A stretch of DNA of 59,944 bases from a virus (lineage: Duplodnaviria > Caudoviricetes): IMG/VR virus record IMGVR_UViG_3300005525_000005, positions 1-59,944 of that record; one strand, given 5' to 3'. Positions 46,500-56,643 of this stretch are shown in pieces. Numbering within the stretch: position 1 is the stretch's first letter; every line of letters starts with the position of its first letter. The position numbers and the translations under genes are program-made. Under the pieces are notes generated by a model. That model ran no database searches, was not told where the DNA came from, and was given only the letters and a program-made list of their open reading frames with translations.

Positions 46500-46990
46500 T
46501 TAAGTAGTCTTGCTTCAGCTTGTCTACGTCTGGTAAGACCTGTCAATATTCTACCAGCAGCTTTGTTCCACTTCACTATCTCTTCTGCCGCACCATTCCA
46601 ATCTTTAGCATCAACACGTTTCTTCAATGTTGATATGCGATAGTTTCTGAGTCCGCAGTTATACGCGAAAGAGATAATTGCAGCAATACGTCTTGGAGGC
46701 TCTTGCAACAGCGTTGGAGACATTGTCAATACCCCAGCACAGAAATGTAACAGATGATTGTCTAGAGACTCTTCAGCCTGTTGTTGTGTCCACACAGTGT
46801 CATGCTTCACTTCAGGGCCTGTGCTGCCCCATCCTATCGTCCACGGCTGTGCGCCTGTACCGGGATCGGGATAGGCATGACAATCTCCATTAGGAAGTCG
46901 TCTAGCGTATCCCTCAAAAGGCTTACACAATGCTTCTTTAGCAATGGATATTGCTTCAGCGACCTGTGTATTTTTCAATGGGCCTACCAA
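46496..46990 (-). CDS. Endolysin, GH24 lysozyme (start uncertain)
   Basis: FEG, AYPDP, WTIGWG, SFAYNCG, GLTRRRQAE. Confidence 0.92.
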   Translation of the reverse strand: MVGPLKNTQVAEAISIAKEALCKPFEGYARRLPNGDCHAYPDPGTGAQPWTIGWGSTGPEVKHDTVWTQQQAEESLDNHLLHFCAGVLTMSPTLLQEPPRRIAAIISFAYNCGLRNYRISTLKKRVDAKDWNGAAEEIVKWNKAAGRILTGLTRRRQAEARLLK

Positions 46991-47441
46991 CGTAGTAGAA
47001 CGTCAACACCATCAACAAAATACCAAAGTCTTCTGCTGTCCACACTGTCTTTACTACATCAATTGGAGATAGTCCAGACAATATAGCATGGTGAAGAACA
47101 ACAATCTTTACAGCGGTGTAAAGTCCAAACAACACCCATGCAATACCGGGACGAACCAGCGCAGAAACACTAGCAACCCATTTCCATGCTTTGCTGTCTG
47201 CTTCGGCTTGTTGCTTAAATGCTTCACCAATAGCGTCTAAGCTGGTCTTGCTGAAGTCTACATATTTCTCTTCCATGCGAAACTGACCCTTCATTTTCTC
47301 AAGGTCAGTTTGTAATGTGAACATCTTCAGTTCGTGAGAACGTTCATCTTTCTTATCGAAATACTTCAATACTTCTGGTGCAAGACGGAATAGCCCTCCT
47401 AAGAGGGCTCCGACAAAACCTGTACCGAAAAACTCAAGCAT
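46956..47441 (-). CDS. Putative holin
   Basis: Three hydrophobic segments, VRP motif; directly upstream of the lysin. Confidence 0.65.
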   Translation of the reverse strand: MLEFFGTGFVGALLGGLFRLAPEVLKYFDKKDERSHELKMFTLQTDLEKMKGQFRMEEKYVDFSKTSLDAIGEAFKQQAEADSKAWKWVASVSALVRPGIAWVLFGLYTAVKIVVLHHAILSGLSPIDVVKTVWTAEDFGILLMVLTFYYVGRPIEKYTGR

Positions 47442-47589
47442 TCTCTGCTTCTGGTACAGGAACCTGCGGCGTTGCTTGCGCTTGAATCTCTTGCACAACA
47501 GCAAACACTTCAGCGTATGGGCGAGTGCCGAGATATTGCAAGATGCCGTTGATAAGACCGAGTGTCAGTGTAATTTTGGTATCGTTCAT
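47434..47589 (-). CDS. Small tail-module protein, missing from ORF track
   Basis: 51 aa MNDTKITLTL...LGTRPYAEV...IQAQA; fills the gap. Confidence 0.7.
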   Translation of the reverse strand: MNDTKITLTLGLINGILQYLGTRPYAEVFAVVQEIQAQATPQVPVPEAENA

Positions 47590-47592
47590 GTA

Positions 47593-47901
47593 TTAGTTAC
47601 TCCAAGGCACCCCAGCAGCGCTGGTGGGGTTCTTCTGCGCATCGATCTGCGCCTGCACAGCAGCTTCGTGCGCCGCGACTTGATCAGCGCCCATCTCATC
47701 CTTCACCCACTGGATGACGGTGGCTTCCGTCAGGGTGTCGTAGGGGATGAACGTCGGATCGTTGTGATCCTTGTGCGGGAAGCTGATCGTGCCGTAGACG
47801 CTGCCGGAGTGGGTGCCGTCAACGGCTGACAGACGCCAGTGGGCAGTGGTTACACAGCACTCGGGCAGAGTGCGATCCAGTTGAGAGATAGACCAGTTCA
47901 T
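47593..47901 (-). CDS. Tail fibre-associated protein
   Basis: FIPYDTLTEATVIQWV...GVPW motif. Confidence 0.75.
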   Translation of the reverse strand: MNWSISQLDRTLPECCVTTAHWRLSAVDGTHSGSVYGTISFPHKDHNDPTFIPYDTLTEATVIQWVKDEMGADQVAAHEAAVQAQIDAQKNPTSAAGVPWSN

Positions 47902-47910
47902 GTTGTTTCC

Positions 47911-48639
47911 TTAGCAGTTAAGAGCACCGCCAGCACCGCCGGGGGCACCCGCCCCTCCTGCGCCACCGACAGAAGACGTGCTGCCCGGAACCCCCGAGGC
48001 AGCCAAGGCAGGAGACGCCACCGCGTATCCACCAGCGGCACCAGCAGCACCCACACCACCAGCACCCGCCGCGCATGTGCGCGTGAGCGTCCCAGCACCG
48101 ACAACACCGTCACGGCCCAAGCTGTTGGTGGTCGTCTGGTTGGCGTTGGTGGTGGTCGTGGTGTTGGTGGTTGTGGTCGTCGTCGGCTGCGGGATGTGCG
48201 CGGAGACTTGCGCCAGCGCGTTGTAGCTGCCGAGGAAGATGTCGCGGTTGCTCTGGGCTTGCGCGATGGCGACCTGTCCGTTGGTCTGCCCTTGCTTGTA
48301 AGCCATCACGGGGCCGATCCACGGGGTGATGATGCTGTTGGTCAGTTGCAGCACTTGCAGCACCCTGTCCACGGGAGACGGAGCCGGAGCGATGGGCGTC
48401 ATGCTGGCTTGCGCTTGTGGTGCGCCTTGCTGCATGAGGCTGAACATCGCCGCCACCTTGGCTGCGTCACCACCGTTGTTGCCCATCGCGGCGATGGCTG
48501 TGTACCGCGCCTTGTCGGCTTCGGCTTTGGCTACCGCGATGGTCTGCTCGGCGCGGGTGCGGGCGTCGATGGCGTCGTAGTAGGCTTTGTCAGTGGCGCA
48601 GCCTGTCAGGGCTAGGCAGGTGAGGAGGAGGATTCGCAT
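47911..48639 (-). CDS. Predicted lipoprotein
   Basis: Signal MRILLLTCLALTGC with lipobox; Thr run, Gly/Ala tail; GC-rich. Confidence 0.7.
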   Translation of the reverse strand: MRILLLTCLALTGCATDKAYYDAIDARTRAEQTIAVAKAEADKARYTAIAAMGNNGGDAAKVAAMFSLMQQGAPQAQASMTPIAPAPSPVDRVLQVLQLTNSIITPWIGPVMAYKQGQTNGQVAIAQAQSNRDIFLGSYNALAQVSAHIPQPTTTTTTNTTTTTNANQTTTNSLGRDGVVGAGTLTRTCAAGAGGVGAAGAAGGYAVASPALAASGVPGSTSSVGGAGGAGAPGGAGGALNC

Positions 48640-48647
48640 GTCGGTCC

Positions 48648-50771
48648 TTAGGCTTCGAGAGCGGCCACACGGGCGCGGAGGTCGGTGATGAGGGCTTGCT
48701 GTTCTTGGATGAGTTTGAGCATTGGGGTAATAAGGTGTGTGTAATTAACACCCCGCAATGTACCGCCTTGCTCTGCATCATCGTAAAAACACAAATCAGG
48801 GTTAACAACCTCTACATCTTCGGCAATTAATCCGTGTTTAAGCGGGCCGTCTGCTTGCTCGGTGTAATTACCTTCTGCATCCTTTTTGCGAAAATTGAAG
48901 GTGACCGGGTTCAGGCGCAAAAGCCATTCAACATTTGATACGGGCGCGATGTTAGTTTTGCTGGCACGGACGGACGAAACGTAGCCGATCTCACCTATGT
49001 TATCGACAAATAGATCGCGATTGGTTGCCCCAACCGTGTAGTTATAAGGCGATGCTGCCGCCGTTCCTGACCTCCATCGTCCGTCGTTCTGAACCGCAAG
49101 CAACAATGCGTTACTGCTGTTTTCAAAGAACATGCAGTAGTTAGAGCCAGTGCTATCAACACCTTTAACATCAAGTCTTGCGCCAGAGGTGGTACTCGTC
49201 GTCCCCACCAGCAAATCCCCCCCGCTGGTGATGCGGGCGCGTTCGGTGTTGTTGGTGTAGAAAAGAAGCGGGTCGTTGCTGGCAACTTGAATGGCCGGGT
49301 CTACCCCTGCGCCTACACCAGAACGAATGTAAAGATCGCCGCCTCCCGACTCTTTAACGAATACGTAGCCGTTTTGTACATTTAGCTTGGCACCTTCAGT
49401 ATTACTCGTCGTCCCCACCAGCAAATTCCCACTAGCATCCAGCGTCATCGCCTGCGTGAAGCTGATCGCGTTACCTGCGGTGCCGGAGGGGGCGGTGAAC
49501 CAGCGATGTGCGCCGCCCCCTTGGTCGTAATACGAAGCTGCGGCTGTAATCTTGTATGTATTGGTTCCGCCTGTTGCAACAAAGGTGTTGTTGTAAAGGC
49601 GTGTGTTGGCGCTTTGCGCGTCAACCAAAGAGGCTGTGGAACCAATATCAAGCGCACGGTCACCAGACCGCCACGCACTCGGCGGCACCCCCAAGCCGAG
49701 GTTGCCGGAGGAGTTGAGGGTCATTTGCGTCGTTGTATTAGTACCAAACAACAGCGCATTGGTTGAATGGCTGTACGACAAGTACCCTTGCGTAGAGTTT
49801 GTGGCGTTTCCAAAATACAACTCTGAGTTGCCTGCACCACCCGCAGAAACAGACGACAAAACTTGCACAGAGGCGTTGGCGTTGCCAAAACCAGCAAACA
49901 AATTCCCACTACCGCGAATGTTTCCAACGACATCAAGTTTTTGCGTAGGCGAACTCGTCCCAATCCCCACATTGCCCGCCACTGCAAGGCCGTTCGTGCC
50001 GATACCCGCGTATGAGGAATACCCAATCAGTTGAGATTGCTTGACTTCCAGACCTGTGGAGGTCAGGCGCATTTGTTCGGTGTTGTTAATGCTAAAATAC
50101 AAAGGCGTGTTTGTCAGATTACGCAACCCTGTTTGAGTGCTCTCCGTGGAAATACGAAAATAGTCTGTTCCATTAAGATTAAAATAAGCGTTAGAAACAC
50201 CGCCAGTAGTGTTTGTCCGCACTCTAAAGTTTGCTTGATCGCTGCTTGCTGACGCATCAAACAAGAGATTATTCGTCCCATCAAACGTCAGCGCACTCCC
50301 GCTCGTCGCCACCTTGCTGCCGTTGAGGTACAGGACGCCGTTGGCGGTGCCCGCGTTCAGCGTCACCGTTGACGATGTTGTCAGCGCCGTAAACGTACCT
50401 GCACCAGCGCTAGCACCGCCGATAGTGACACCGTCAATAGTGCCAGCATTGATGTCAGCAGTGTCAGCAACAAGGCTGTCAATGTTGGCTGTGCCGTCAA
50501 TGAATAGGTCTTTATACTCCAGCGTAGAGCTACCCAGATCAACAGTGTTATCCGTCTTAGGCGTCAACGCTGACGCGCTGGCTACAACATCCTGTGTAGG
50601 CCCAATCTTAGTGATGGGAGCGCCTTCAGTAGAAGTGCCGTCATGCGTATGCCCTGTGCTTGCATTAAACGCTGCTTCAATGGCGTTATATTCATTGTCA
50701 AAGTCTGAAGCATTGATGACGTTGCCATCAGCAATGTTGTTTGTTGTGTCTTGCCTAATATAGCCAGCCAT
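48648..50771 (-). CDS. Tail fibre with C-terminal intramolecular chaperone (peptidase S74-like)
   Basis: GHTHDG N-terminus; GNVGIGT/GNLLVGT repeats; SS..K.NI, LNPVTF, GLIAEDV, coiled-coil end. Confidence 0.88.
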   Translation of the reverse strand: MAGYIRQDTTNNIADGNVINASDFDNEYNAIEAAFNASTGHTHDGTSTEGAPITKIGPTQDVVASASALTPKTDNTVDLGSSTLEYKDLFIDGTANIDSLVADTADINAGTIDGVTIGGASAGAGTFTALTTSSTVTLNAGTANGVLYLNGSKVATSGSALTFDGTNNLLFDASASSDQANFRVRTNTTGGVSNAYFNLNGTDYFRISTESTQTGLRNLTNTPLYFSINNTEQMRLTSTGLEVKQSQLIGYSSYAGIGTNGLAVAGNVGIGTSSPTQKLDVVGNIRGSGNLFAGFGNANASVQVLSSVSAGGAGNSELYFGNATNSTQGYLSYSHSTNALLFGTNTTTQMTLNSSGNLGLGVPPSAWRSGDRALDIGSTASLVDAQSANTRLYNNTFVATGGTNTYKITAAASYYDQGGGAHRWFTAPSGTAGNAISFTQAMTLDASGNLLVGTTSNTEGAKLNVQNGYVFVKESGGGDLYIRSGVGAGVDPAIQVASNDPLLFYTNNTERARITSGGDLLVGTTSTTSGARLDVKGVDSTGSNYCMFFENSSNALLLAVQNDGRWRSGTAAASPYNYTVGATNRDLFVDNIGEIGYVSSVRASKTNIAPVSNVEWLLRLNPVTFNFRKKDAEGNYTEQADGPLKHGLIAEDVEVVNPDLCFYDDAEQGGTLRGVNYTHLITPMLKLIQEQQALITDLRARVAALEA

Positions 50772-50782
50772 GTACTTTTCCT

Positions 50783-52738
50783 TTAACGCCTATCGTGAGA
50801 GGCATATTCAAATGTCACAGCGTCAAAGCTGTACGGAGGATCGTTGCTGTTGCTTTCAAACTGCAACGACACTGAGAATCCACTTCCAATCGTCTGAGAC
50901 TCAAACACTCTCAACAGCTTCTCACCAAAAGTGGCAGTGCCATAAGTAGCCAATGCGTTTCCATAGATGCCAATGTTATTGGCAACATTAGTTAGCGTAA
51001 TGGCTTCCGGTTGTACACTACCTTTGTCATCGAAGTCAAGCTTCATGTTCAGTGTAATATTTACACTGCCTTGAGGGTCTACATAGGTGTAGAGCTTGTA
51101 GAAGGTTTTTCTAATTCGCGGATCACTAATAGGCAAATAAGGCGTATAGAAAGATGCCCTGATATTGCTGCCATTAAATGTGTTTCCTTCTTCAAGCTTA
51201 TAGACATATCCATCATTATTAGCGAAGATGACAAGCTCTTCGCGATCATGGTAGTCGCTATCTGCTGTATAAGCTTTAATACCCCTAAGCTCTGCCCATT
51301 CAACTCTGTCAGAAAACTGTGTTCCTAATATGCCTCTAGCACTATCAGGAGTAATGCTGGCAGAATATCCAAACAGGCGATATTGACTCTTAGCTTTGAC
51401 AGTGACAGAAGAAAAGAATGTGCTGCTGCTGATAAGTTGTGTTAGCTCTGTCTGCACCCTATTAGATACAGAAGCCAAGCTGAAGTCGCCAATACGATCT
51501 GTAGCAGACAAAAGACGTAGCCCATCAGGGCCTAAGAACATAATGTCGCCACCAACTTCTCTAATAGAATCGGGAGAGACGCATCCAATCTTTTCTGTAA
51601 TAGGCTGAAGATTATAATCAGCAGAAGTGTTACCAGTGATACGCTTAATAGCTTGTTCACAGAAAATGATGAGCTGTTCTCTAAATACAACTAGTCCTGT
51701 TATATTTCCACCAACATTGATGACACCACCGCCACTAGCAGGAGTGAAGTCTGTATCAGAGAATGGAGCAGAGAAATAAACAGCGTCACCTTTAGCAAAG
51801 AACAACGCATTCTTAAACCACGCTACATACTCAGCGCCTTCAACATCAACCGTTGACGTAACTTTGCTAAAAGTGGTGTTGTTGTAAATGAATGGAAAGC
51901 TAACACCGTTAACGCCAACGATTTTCTCTGTAGAACCGATGCGATAGCGCTCAAATCTAGTCTTAGTGCCTGTATTGAATCTAGCGCTTCTGAAGGTGAT
52001 GGCAGCGTTATCAGCAGGGCTGCTAGCAAGCGCAGGCGATATTGCCAACGTAGCTCCACCAGAAGTGACAGTGGGCACTGCCGTGATGATGTATGTCAGA
52101 TTGACACCAGCAATGGTGAAGGTGTCTCCAGTTTGTGGTACACCTGTCAAGCCGTCAACAGCAAGCGTTGAGCCTGTTTGAGAGCCACCATTAACCAACA
52201 CAGTGCCGTAAGAAGGCACATTGATCTGTGTATATCCAATGCCAGTGCTTTTGTACACATTGCTGCTTCTCACAGCAATGACAGAGCCATCCCATGCAGC
52301 AACACCAGACATAAGGCTGTTGTTATTAATGAAGGTGACAGCAGCTTTATCAGCAGGGCTAGTTACCAAAGCTGACGTCAATGTAAGCGTCAACGATTGC
52401 AGAGTGCTGTTATAGCTAACACCACCAGCAGCAATGGTGTAGGTGTTGGCACCAATGGTGATGGTAGTTCCTGCAACAGGTGCTTCAGTGACACCAGCGA
52501 GTATTAGCGTTGTCCCTGTTTGTCCACCACCTTGAACAACAGCGCCGCCATAATATGGCACCACTGCATTATCAAACTTCTGATACCCTAAGATGCGCTT
52601 ATATCCACCATCAATAGATGGCTCATAGTTACGCAACACACGGGCACTGCCGGGTTCTTGAATGCCCTGTTGAAGAGGCGACAGGTTTGTTACCAACCCG
52701 CCACGAAATTCAACAGGGTATGTTTGCCACCTATCCAT
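50783..52738 (-). CDS. Tail nozzle / tubular protein B-like
   Basis: GGL, NYEPSIDGGY, IGC...SI.EVGGD.MFL..DGLR; position. Confidence 0.75.
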   Translation of the reverse strand: MDRWQTYPVEFRGGLVTNLSPLQQGIQEPGSARVLRNYEPSIDGGYKRILGYQKFDNAVVPYYGGAVVQGGGQTGTTLILAGVTEAPVAGTTITIGANTYTIAAGGVSYNSTLQSLTLTLTSALVTSPADKAAVTFINNNSLMSGVAAWDGSVIAVRSSNVYKSTGIGYTQINVPSYGTVLVNGGSQTGSTLAVDGLTGVPQTGDTFTIAGVNLTYIITAVPTVTSGGATLAISPALASSPADNAAITFRSARFNTGTKTRFERYRIGSTEKIVGVNGVSFPFIYNNTTFSKVTSTVDVEGAEYVAWFKNALFFAKGDAVYFSAPFSDTDFTPASGGGVINVGGNITGLVVFREQLIIFCEQAIKRITGNTSADYNLQPITEKIGCVSPDSIREVGGDIMFLGPDGLRLLSATDRIGDFSLASVSNRVQTELTQLISSSTFFSSVTVKAKSQYRLFGYSASITPDSARGILGTQFSDRVEWAELRGIKAYTADSDYHDREELVIFANNDGYVYKLEEGNTFNGSNIRASFYTPYLPISDPRIRKTFYKLYTYVDPQGSVNITLNMKLDFDDKGSVQPEAITLTNVANNIGIYGNALATYGTATFGEKLLRVFESQTIGSGFSVSLQFESNSNDPPYSFDAVTFEYASHDRR

Positions 52739-53461
52739 TTAGGCTGTTCTCGGTCCAGAAGTAAACATAGCTCCTTGCGGAATATATGTTGAAGTGATGT
52801 ATTCGTACTTGTTAATGAGAACAGTTCGCATTCTCTTCAAGCCTTCGTCAAACTTTCCTTTAGCAATGTTGGCAGCTTGTTCATTGCTTCTGAACATGTA
52901 TGCGTGATATTTAGCACCATCAAGAACAACATACTTGTAGCGCTCAGGAACAAAAGGAACATCTGTAGCATTAATAAGGTCTACAGGAATACGATAGTAT
53001 TCATAGACAAGCTCGTAGTCTTCTTTCGGAGGAGGAATAACAATATATTGATCGCTCGGTGCTTGACATACTTTTGTTGGCACGTTGAGCCTGCTACTAT
53101 CCGACGAATACTCTAAGTCTACATAGTGCTTCAGATAGTCATCATAGGTAATAACTTCAAGACGCACCGTGTCGTTACCGAATGTGATGTCTTCTTTGAT
53201 TCGGAAGCTATCAAAATCAATCTTCGAAGCATCTGACGGGAAAGCGTAGCGGCTAACACCATCGGACAAGATGTCAGTTTGTTCTACGTGATTGAAAGGC
53301 CATTCCTGCCCTGCTTGATTGATGTCACGCAAAGCATTGTTGACAGCGTCTTTAGCGTGAGCGTAAAAGCCTTTGGAGGTAAGAAAATTGGCAGACGTCA
53401 ACTCCACCTCGTTCAAAGAACGAAGCAGAGCGTTAGTGAGTTCAAGGTAGTTGTATGCCAT
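52739..53461 (-). CDS. Tail adaptor / tubular protein A-like
   Basis: YLELTN.LL..LNEV, WPF motifs; 240 aa upstream of nozzle. Confidence 0.75.
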   Translation of the reverse strand: MAYNYLELTNALLRSLNEVELTSANFLTSKGFYAHAKDAVNNALRDINQAGQEWPFNHVEQTDILSDGVSRYAFPSDASKIDFDSFRIKEDITFGNDTVRLEVITYDDYLKHYVDLEYSSDSSRLNVPTKVCQAPSDQYIVIPPPKEDYELVYEYYRIPVDLINATDVPFVPERYKYVVLDGAKYHAYMFRSNEQAANIAKGKFDEGLKRMRTVLINKYEYITSTYIPQGAMFTSGPRTA

Positions 53462-53462
53462 A

Positions 53463-53783
53463 TCATTGCTCCTTAATGCGAAGCTTTATGGTGCGCTCTG
53501 CAATGGACCCGCTGCTGTCAGTGATGCGACAATGGAGTTTATATTCGGTGTTGTTGGTGCCGAGCGCTAAATTGATAGTGGCGATGGTGCTGGTTTGCGT
53601 AACAGCAACATTCTGGAGCCCATTGACAACACCTCCTGCCGTAAACGCTGTCTTCACTCCCGCAGAGTCATCGACAAACCAATTGACAACACTAATGGTG
53701 ACACCGTCGCCTAGCCAGCGTGACCAATCGACACTGTAGTCGAGTTGTTCATCCTTGTCCTTATTAGGCCACCGATACGACAT
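53463..53783 (-). CDS. Virion adaptor-like protein
   Basis: KDKDEQLDYSVDW motif. Confidence 0.65.
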   Translation of the reverse strand: MSYRWPNKDKDEQLDYSVDWSRWLGDGVTISVVNWFVDDSAGVKTAFTAGGVVNGLQNVAVTQTSTIATINLALGTNNTEYKLHCRITDSSGSIAERTIKLRIKEQ

Positions 53784-53792
53784 ATTGCATTC

Positions 53793-56633
53793 CTATATAT
53801 TTACTGTACGTTCTTTGCTTGTTGTACCACGACTTACGTACACTTGTCTAACATCTCTTGCCACAACAACTTTTCGATCAATTGCTGCTGGCTTTGGTTC
53901 AATATACACCATTCTAGGCTGAACCTCGACATAGACATATCTAGCAATTGTAGGCGTTTTTGCTTCGACGTAAACAACTCTGTTTCTATCGAAGCTATTC
54001 TTTACAGCTTCAAAATCAAACGCAGTGGTGTTGACAACAACAGTGCCAATACTCGTTGTCAGCTCAAGTCCGGAGACAACAACAACTTCATTCTCAAGAA
54101 CAACAACACTGCCAATTTCTGTTGTTGCTTCAACACCGACAACGCTTACATTAGCGTCTGCAACAATAGAGAGAACACCAACAGACGCTATAGCTGCAAC
54201 ACCGGCAGGTTCTGCGTTAGCATCAGCCGTAACAGTGACAGCGCCAACAGCGCTTGTCATTGCCTCAGACTGAGGTCTATGCGTTACGCTGCAGCTACCA
54301 TAGATGGCTTGTCCAAAGATGCCAACACCATAGCAAGCACCGCTGTAGGTTGTTGGTGATGTAGCTGCAAAGGTGTCTGCACCAGCCTCTGATACCGACA
54401 ACGCACCCTGCACCAGCACATCACCAGAAACACCTTGGGGCTGTGCAACATAGTTGTCGTTGACATATCCGCTGTCAACGTAGTCAACAAGAACGACACC
54501 AAAGACATCAGGCTGCTCTGTGACGGCAAAGGTGCCAGTAATGGGTAAGAAGCCAGCAGCAGCGAAAGTGTCAGAGCCTGTTTCAAGCGCTGTCAGAGCA
54601 CCTTCAACCAACACCGTGCCAGAAGCAGCAAAGACATCGCTGCCTGTCTCTGACACTGCCAGAGCGCCGCTAACAATGACATCACCAGTAGCAGCAAAGA
54701 CGTCAGCACCAGATTCTGATACTGCCAACGCACCCTGTACCAGCACGTTGCCAACAGCGGCAAAGGTGTCATTAGCTTCTGTTGCTGCAAAGCTGCCTGA
54801 GACAATGACATCGCCGCTGGCAGCAAATACATCAGCGCCTGTTTCAGACGCTGCCAGAGCGCCTTCGATCAATACTGCGCCACTAGCAGCAAAGACATCT
54901 GCGCCAGTTTCTACAGCAGCAAATACACCAGAGGTGAAGACATTACCGCTAGCAGCAAAGACATCAGAGCCTGTTTCAGACGCTGACAACGCTCCCTGCA
55001 CCAGCACATCACCAATAGCAGCGAAGGTGTCGTTAGCTTCTGTTGCTGCCAGCGCACCCTGCACCAACACTGTGCCAGATGCGGCAAAGGTGTCAGAGCC
55101 TGTTTCTGTAGCTGCTAAATTGCCTTCAACAAGAACAGTGCCGCTAGCAGCGAAAGTGTCGCTGCCAACTTCTGTTGCAGCCAATGCGCCTGTAGCTTGA
55201 CCAACACCAGCAGCAAAGAAAACATCAGAGCCCGTTTCAGTGACAGCAAAGCTGCCAGAAACAATGACGTCACCAGTAGCAGCAAACGTGTCAGCACCAG
55301 CTTCTGTAGCTGCTAACGATCCTGTGACAGTGGAGAAGGCTACAGTACCTGTGGCGGCAAAGACGTCAGAGCCTGTCTCAGACGCTGCCAACGCACCTTG
55401 CACCAGCACATCGCCAGTAGCTGCAAAGGTGTCTGCGCCTGTTTCTGTTGCTGCCAGCGTACCGCGAACAAATACATCACCAGTGGCTGCGAACGTGTCT
55501 GCACCAGACTCTGTAGCAGCGAGTGTGCCTCTGACGATGACATCGCCTGTTGCAGCAAATGTGTCTGCACCAGTTTCAGATGCTGCTAAAGACCCTCTGA
55601 CAATGACGTCGCCAGTAGCTGCAAATGTGTCGGAGCCTGTCTCAGACGCTGCTAGAGAGCCTTTGACAATGACATCGCCAGTGGATGTGAACGTGTCTGC
55701 GCCAGCTTCTGTAGCTGCTAAAGAGCCGGAGATGGCAGAGGCTGAAACAGTGCCAGTGGCGGCGAATGTGTCAGAGCCTGTTTCAGACGCTGCCAGAGAG
55801 CCTTTGACAATGACATCGCCAGTGGCGGCGAATGTGTCAGAGCCCGCCTCAGACACAGCGAAGGTGCCAGTGCGCGTAGGCAGTGCGCCCTCGCGCACGC
55901 GCAGCAGAACAATCGGGCCACGGACGTTGGTGACCGTGCCACCCGCCGTAACAGTGACGGTCGGGGCCGTTGTGCTTGACCCCGCAGTGACCGCAGCCCA
56001 CGCGCTGTAGCCACCAATGTCAAACCCGGTTCCGCTGTCAGGCTCGTTGAGTTCCGTAGCAGCGCCAAACGTAGCACCCGTGGCCGTAACAGAAGGCGCA
56101 GAGAATTGACCCGGCGTACTGACATCAGTCGGGATACACATCGCCCAGATGGCGCGGTCCCCAGTCTGAAAATTGGTTGCGCTCGTCCCGTTCGTGAGCG
56201 CAGTTGCGAACGCGACGTTGACTGTCGGTGCGGTGGTGCGTTGACCGTCAGCCGAACCAAACTCAGCCGCCCCAGCCCCCTTGGGGATGCGGACCATGAA
56301 GGCCCAACTGATGTCGTTGCCAGCTAGCGTGACAGCGAGGTTGCCTGTCTGGCCTGCAACAGGTGTGTTCCACGAATAGACGCGGAGGTTGGTGTTGCCG
56401 GTGTCCGCGCCAATCGTTGTGCCGTAGCCACCCGCTGCCAACAGTTCCTCGCGCAGCGTCCAACCCGTGGGGGTCGTGACTGTGCCGCCGTTGGCTGCGG
56501 TGGGCTTCTGGCCGACAAACAACAGAACAACGTCGGTGGCAAGAATGCCTGCCGGATACGCCGGAGAGACTGTGGTGCCGCCCGCTGTTGCGTTGTATGC
56601 GGCTGCTGCGGCAACTGGGGTTCCAAGCGCCAT
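53793..56633 (-). CDS. Repetitive fibre-like virion protein
   Basis: Many roughly 24-aa repeats G.LAA.E.G.DTFAA.G.V.V after a distinct N-terminal domain. Confidence 0.75.
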   Translation of the reverse strand: MALGTPVAAAAAYNATAGGTTVSPAYPAGILATDVVLLFVGQKPTAANGGTVTTPTGWTLREELLAAGGYGTTIGADTGNTNLRVYSWNTPVAGQTGNLAVTLAGNDISWAFMVRIPKGAGAAEFGSADGQRTTAPTVNVAFATALTNGTSATNFQTGDRAIWAMCIPTDVSTPGQFSAPSVTATGATFGAATELNEPDSGTGFDIGGYSAWAAVTAGSSTTAPTVTVTAGGTVTNVRGPIVLLRVREGALPTRTGTFAVSEAGSDTFAATGDVIVKGSLAASETGSDTFAATGTVSASAISGSLAATEAGADTFTSTGDVIVKGSLAASETGSDTFAATGDVIVRGSLAASETGADTFAATGDVIVRGTLAATESGADTFAATGDVFVRGTLAATETGADTFAATGDVLVQGALAASETGSDVFAATGTVAFSTVTGSLAATEAGADTFAATGDVIVSGSFAVTETGSDVFFAAGVGQATGALAATEVGSDTFAASGTVLVEGNLAATETGSDTFAASGTVLVQGALAATEANDTFAAIGDVLVQGALSASETGSDVFAASGNVFTSGVFAAVETGADVFAASGAVLIEGALAASETGADVFAASGDVIVSGSFAATEANDTFAAVGNVLVQGALAVSESGADVFAATGDVIVSGALAVSETGSDVFAASGTVLVEGALTALETGSDTFAAAGFLPITGTFAVTEQPDVFGVVLVDYVDSGYVNDNYVAQPQGVSGDVLVQGALSVSEAGADTFAATSPTTYSGACYGVGIFGQAIYGSCSVTHRPQSEAMTSAVGAVTVTADANAEPAGVAAIASVGVLSIVADANVSVVGVEATTEIGSVVVLENEVVVVSGLELTTSIGTVVVNTTAFDFEAVKNSFDRNRVVYVEAKTPTIARYVYVEVQPRMVYIEPKPAAIDRKVVVARDVRQVYVSRGTTSKERTVNI

Positions 56634-56643
56634 GCGCTACCCC

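Noticed and set aside
48648-50771. Diversity-generating retroelement or invertible fibre
   Set aside because: No reverse transcriptase, template repeat, invertase or inverted repeats seen
54025-56010. Long antisense ORFs here and at 26637-28244, 10338-11099, 47839-48615
   Set aside because: Shadows of codon-biased or repetitive genes on the other strand
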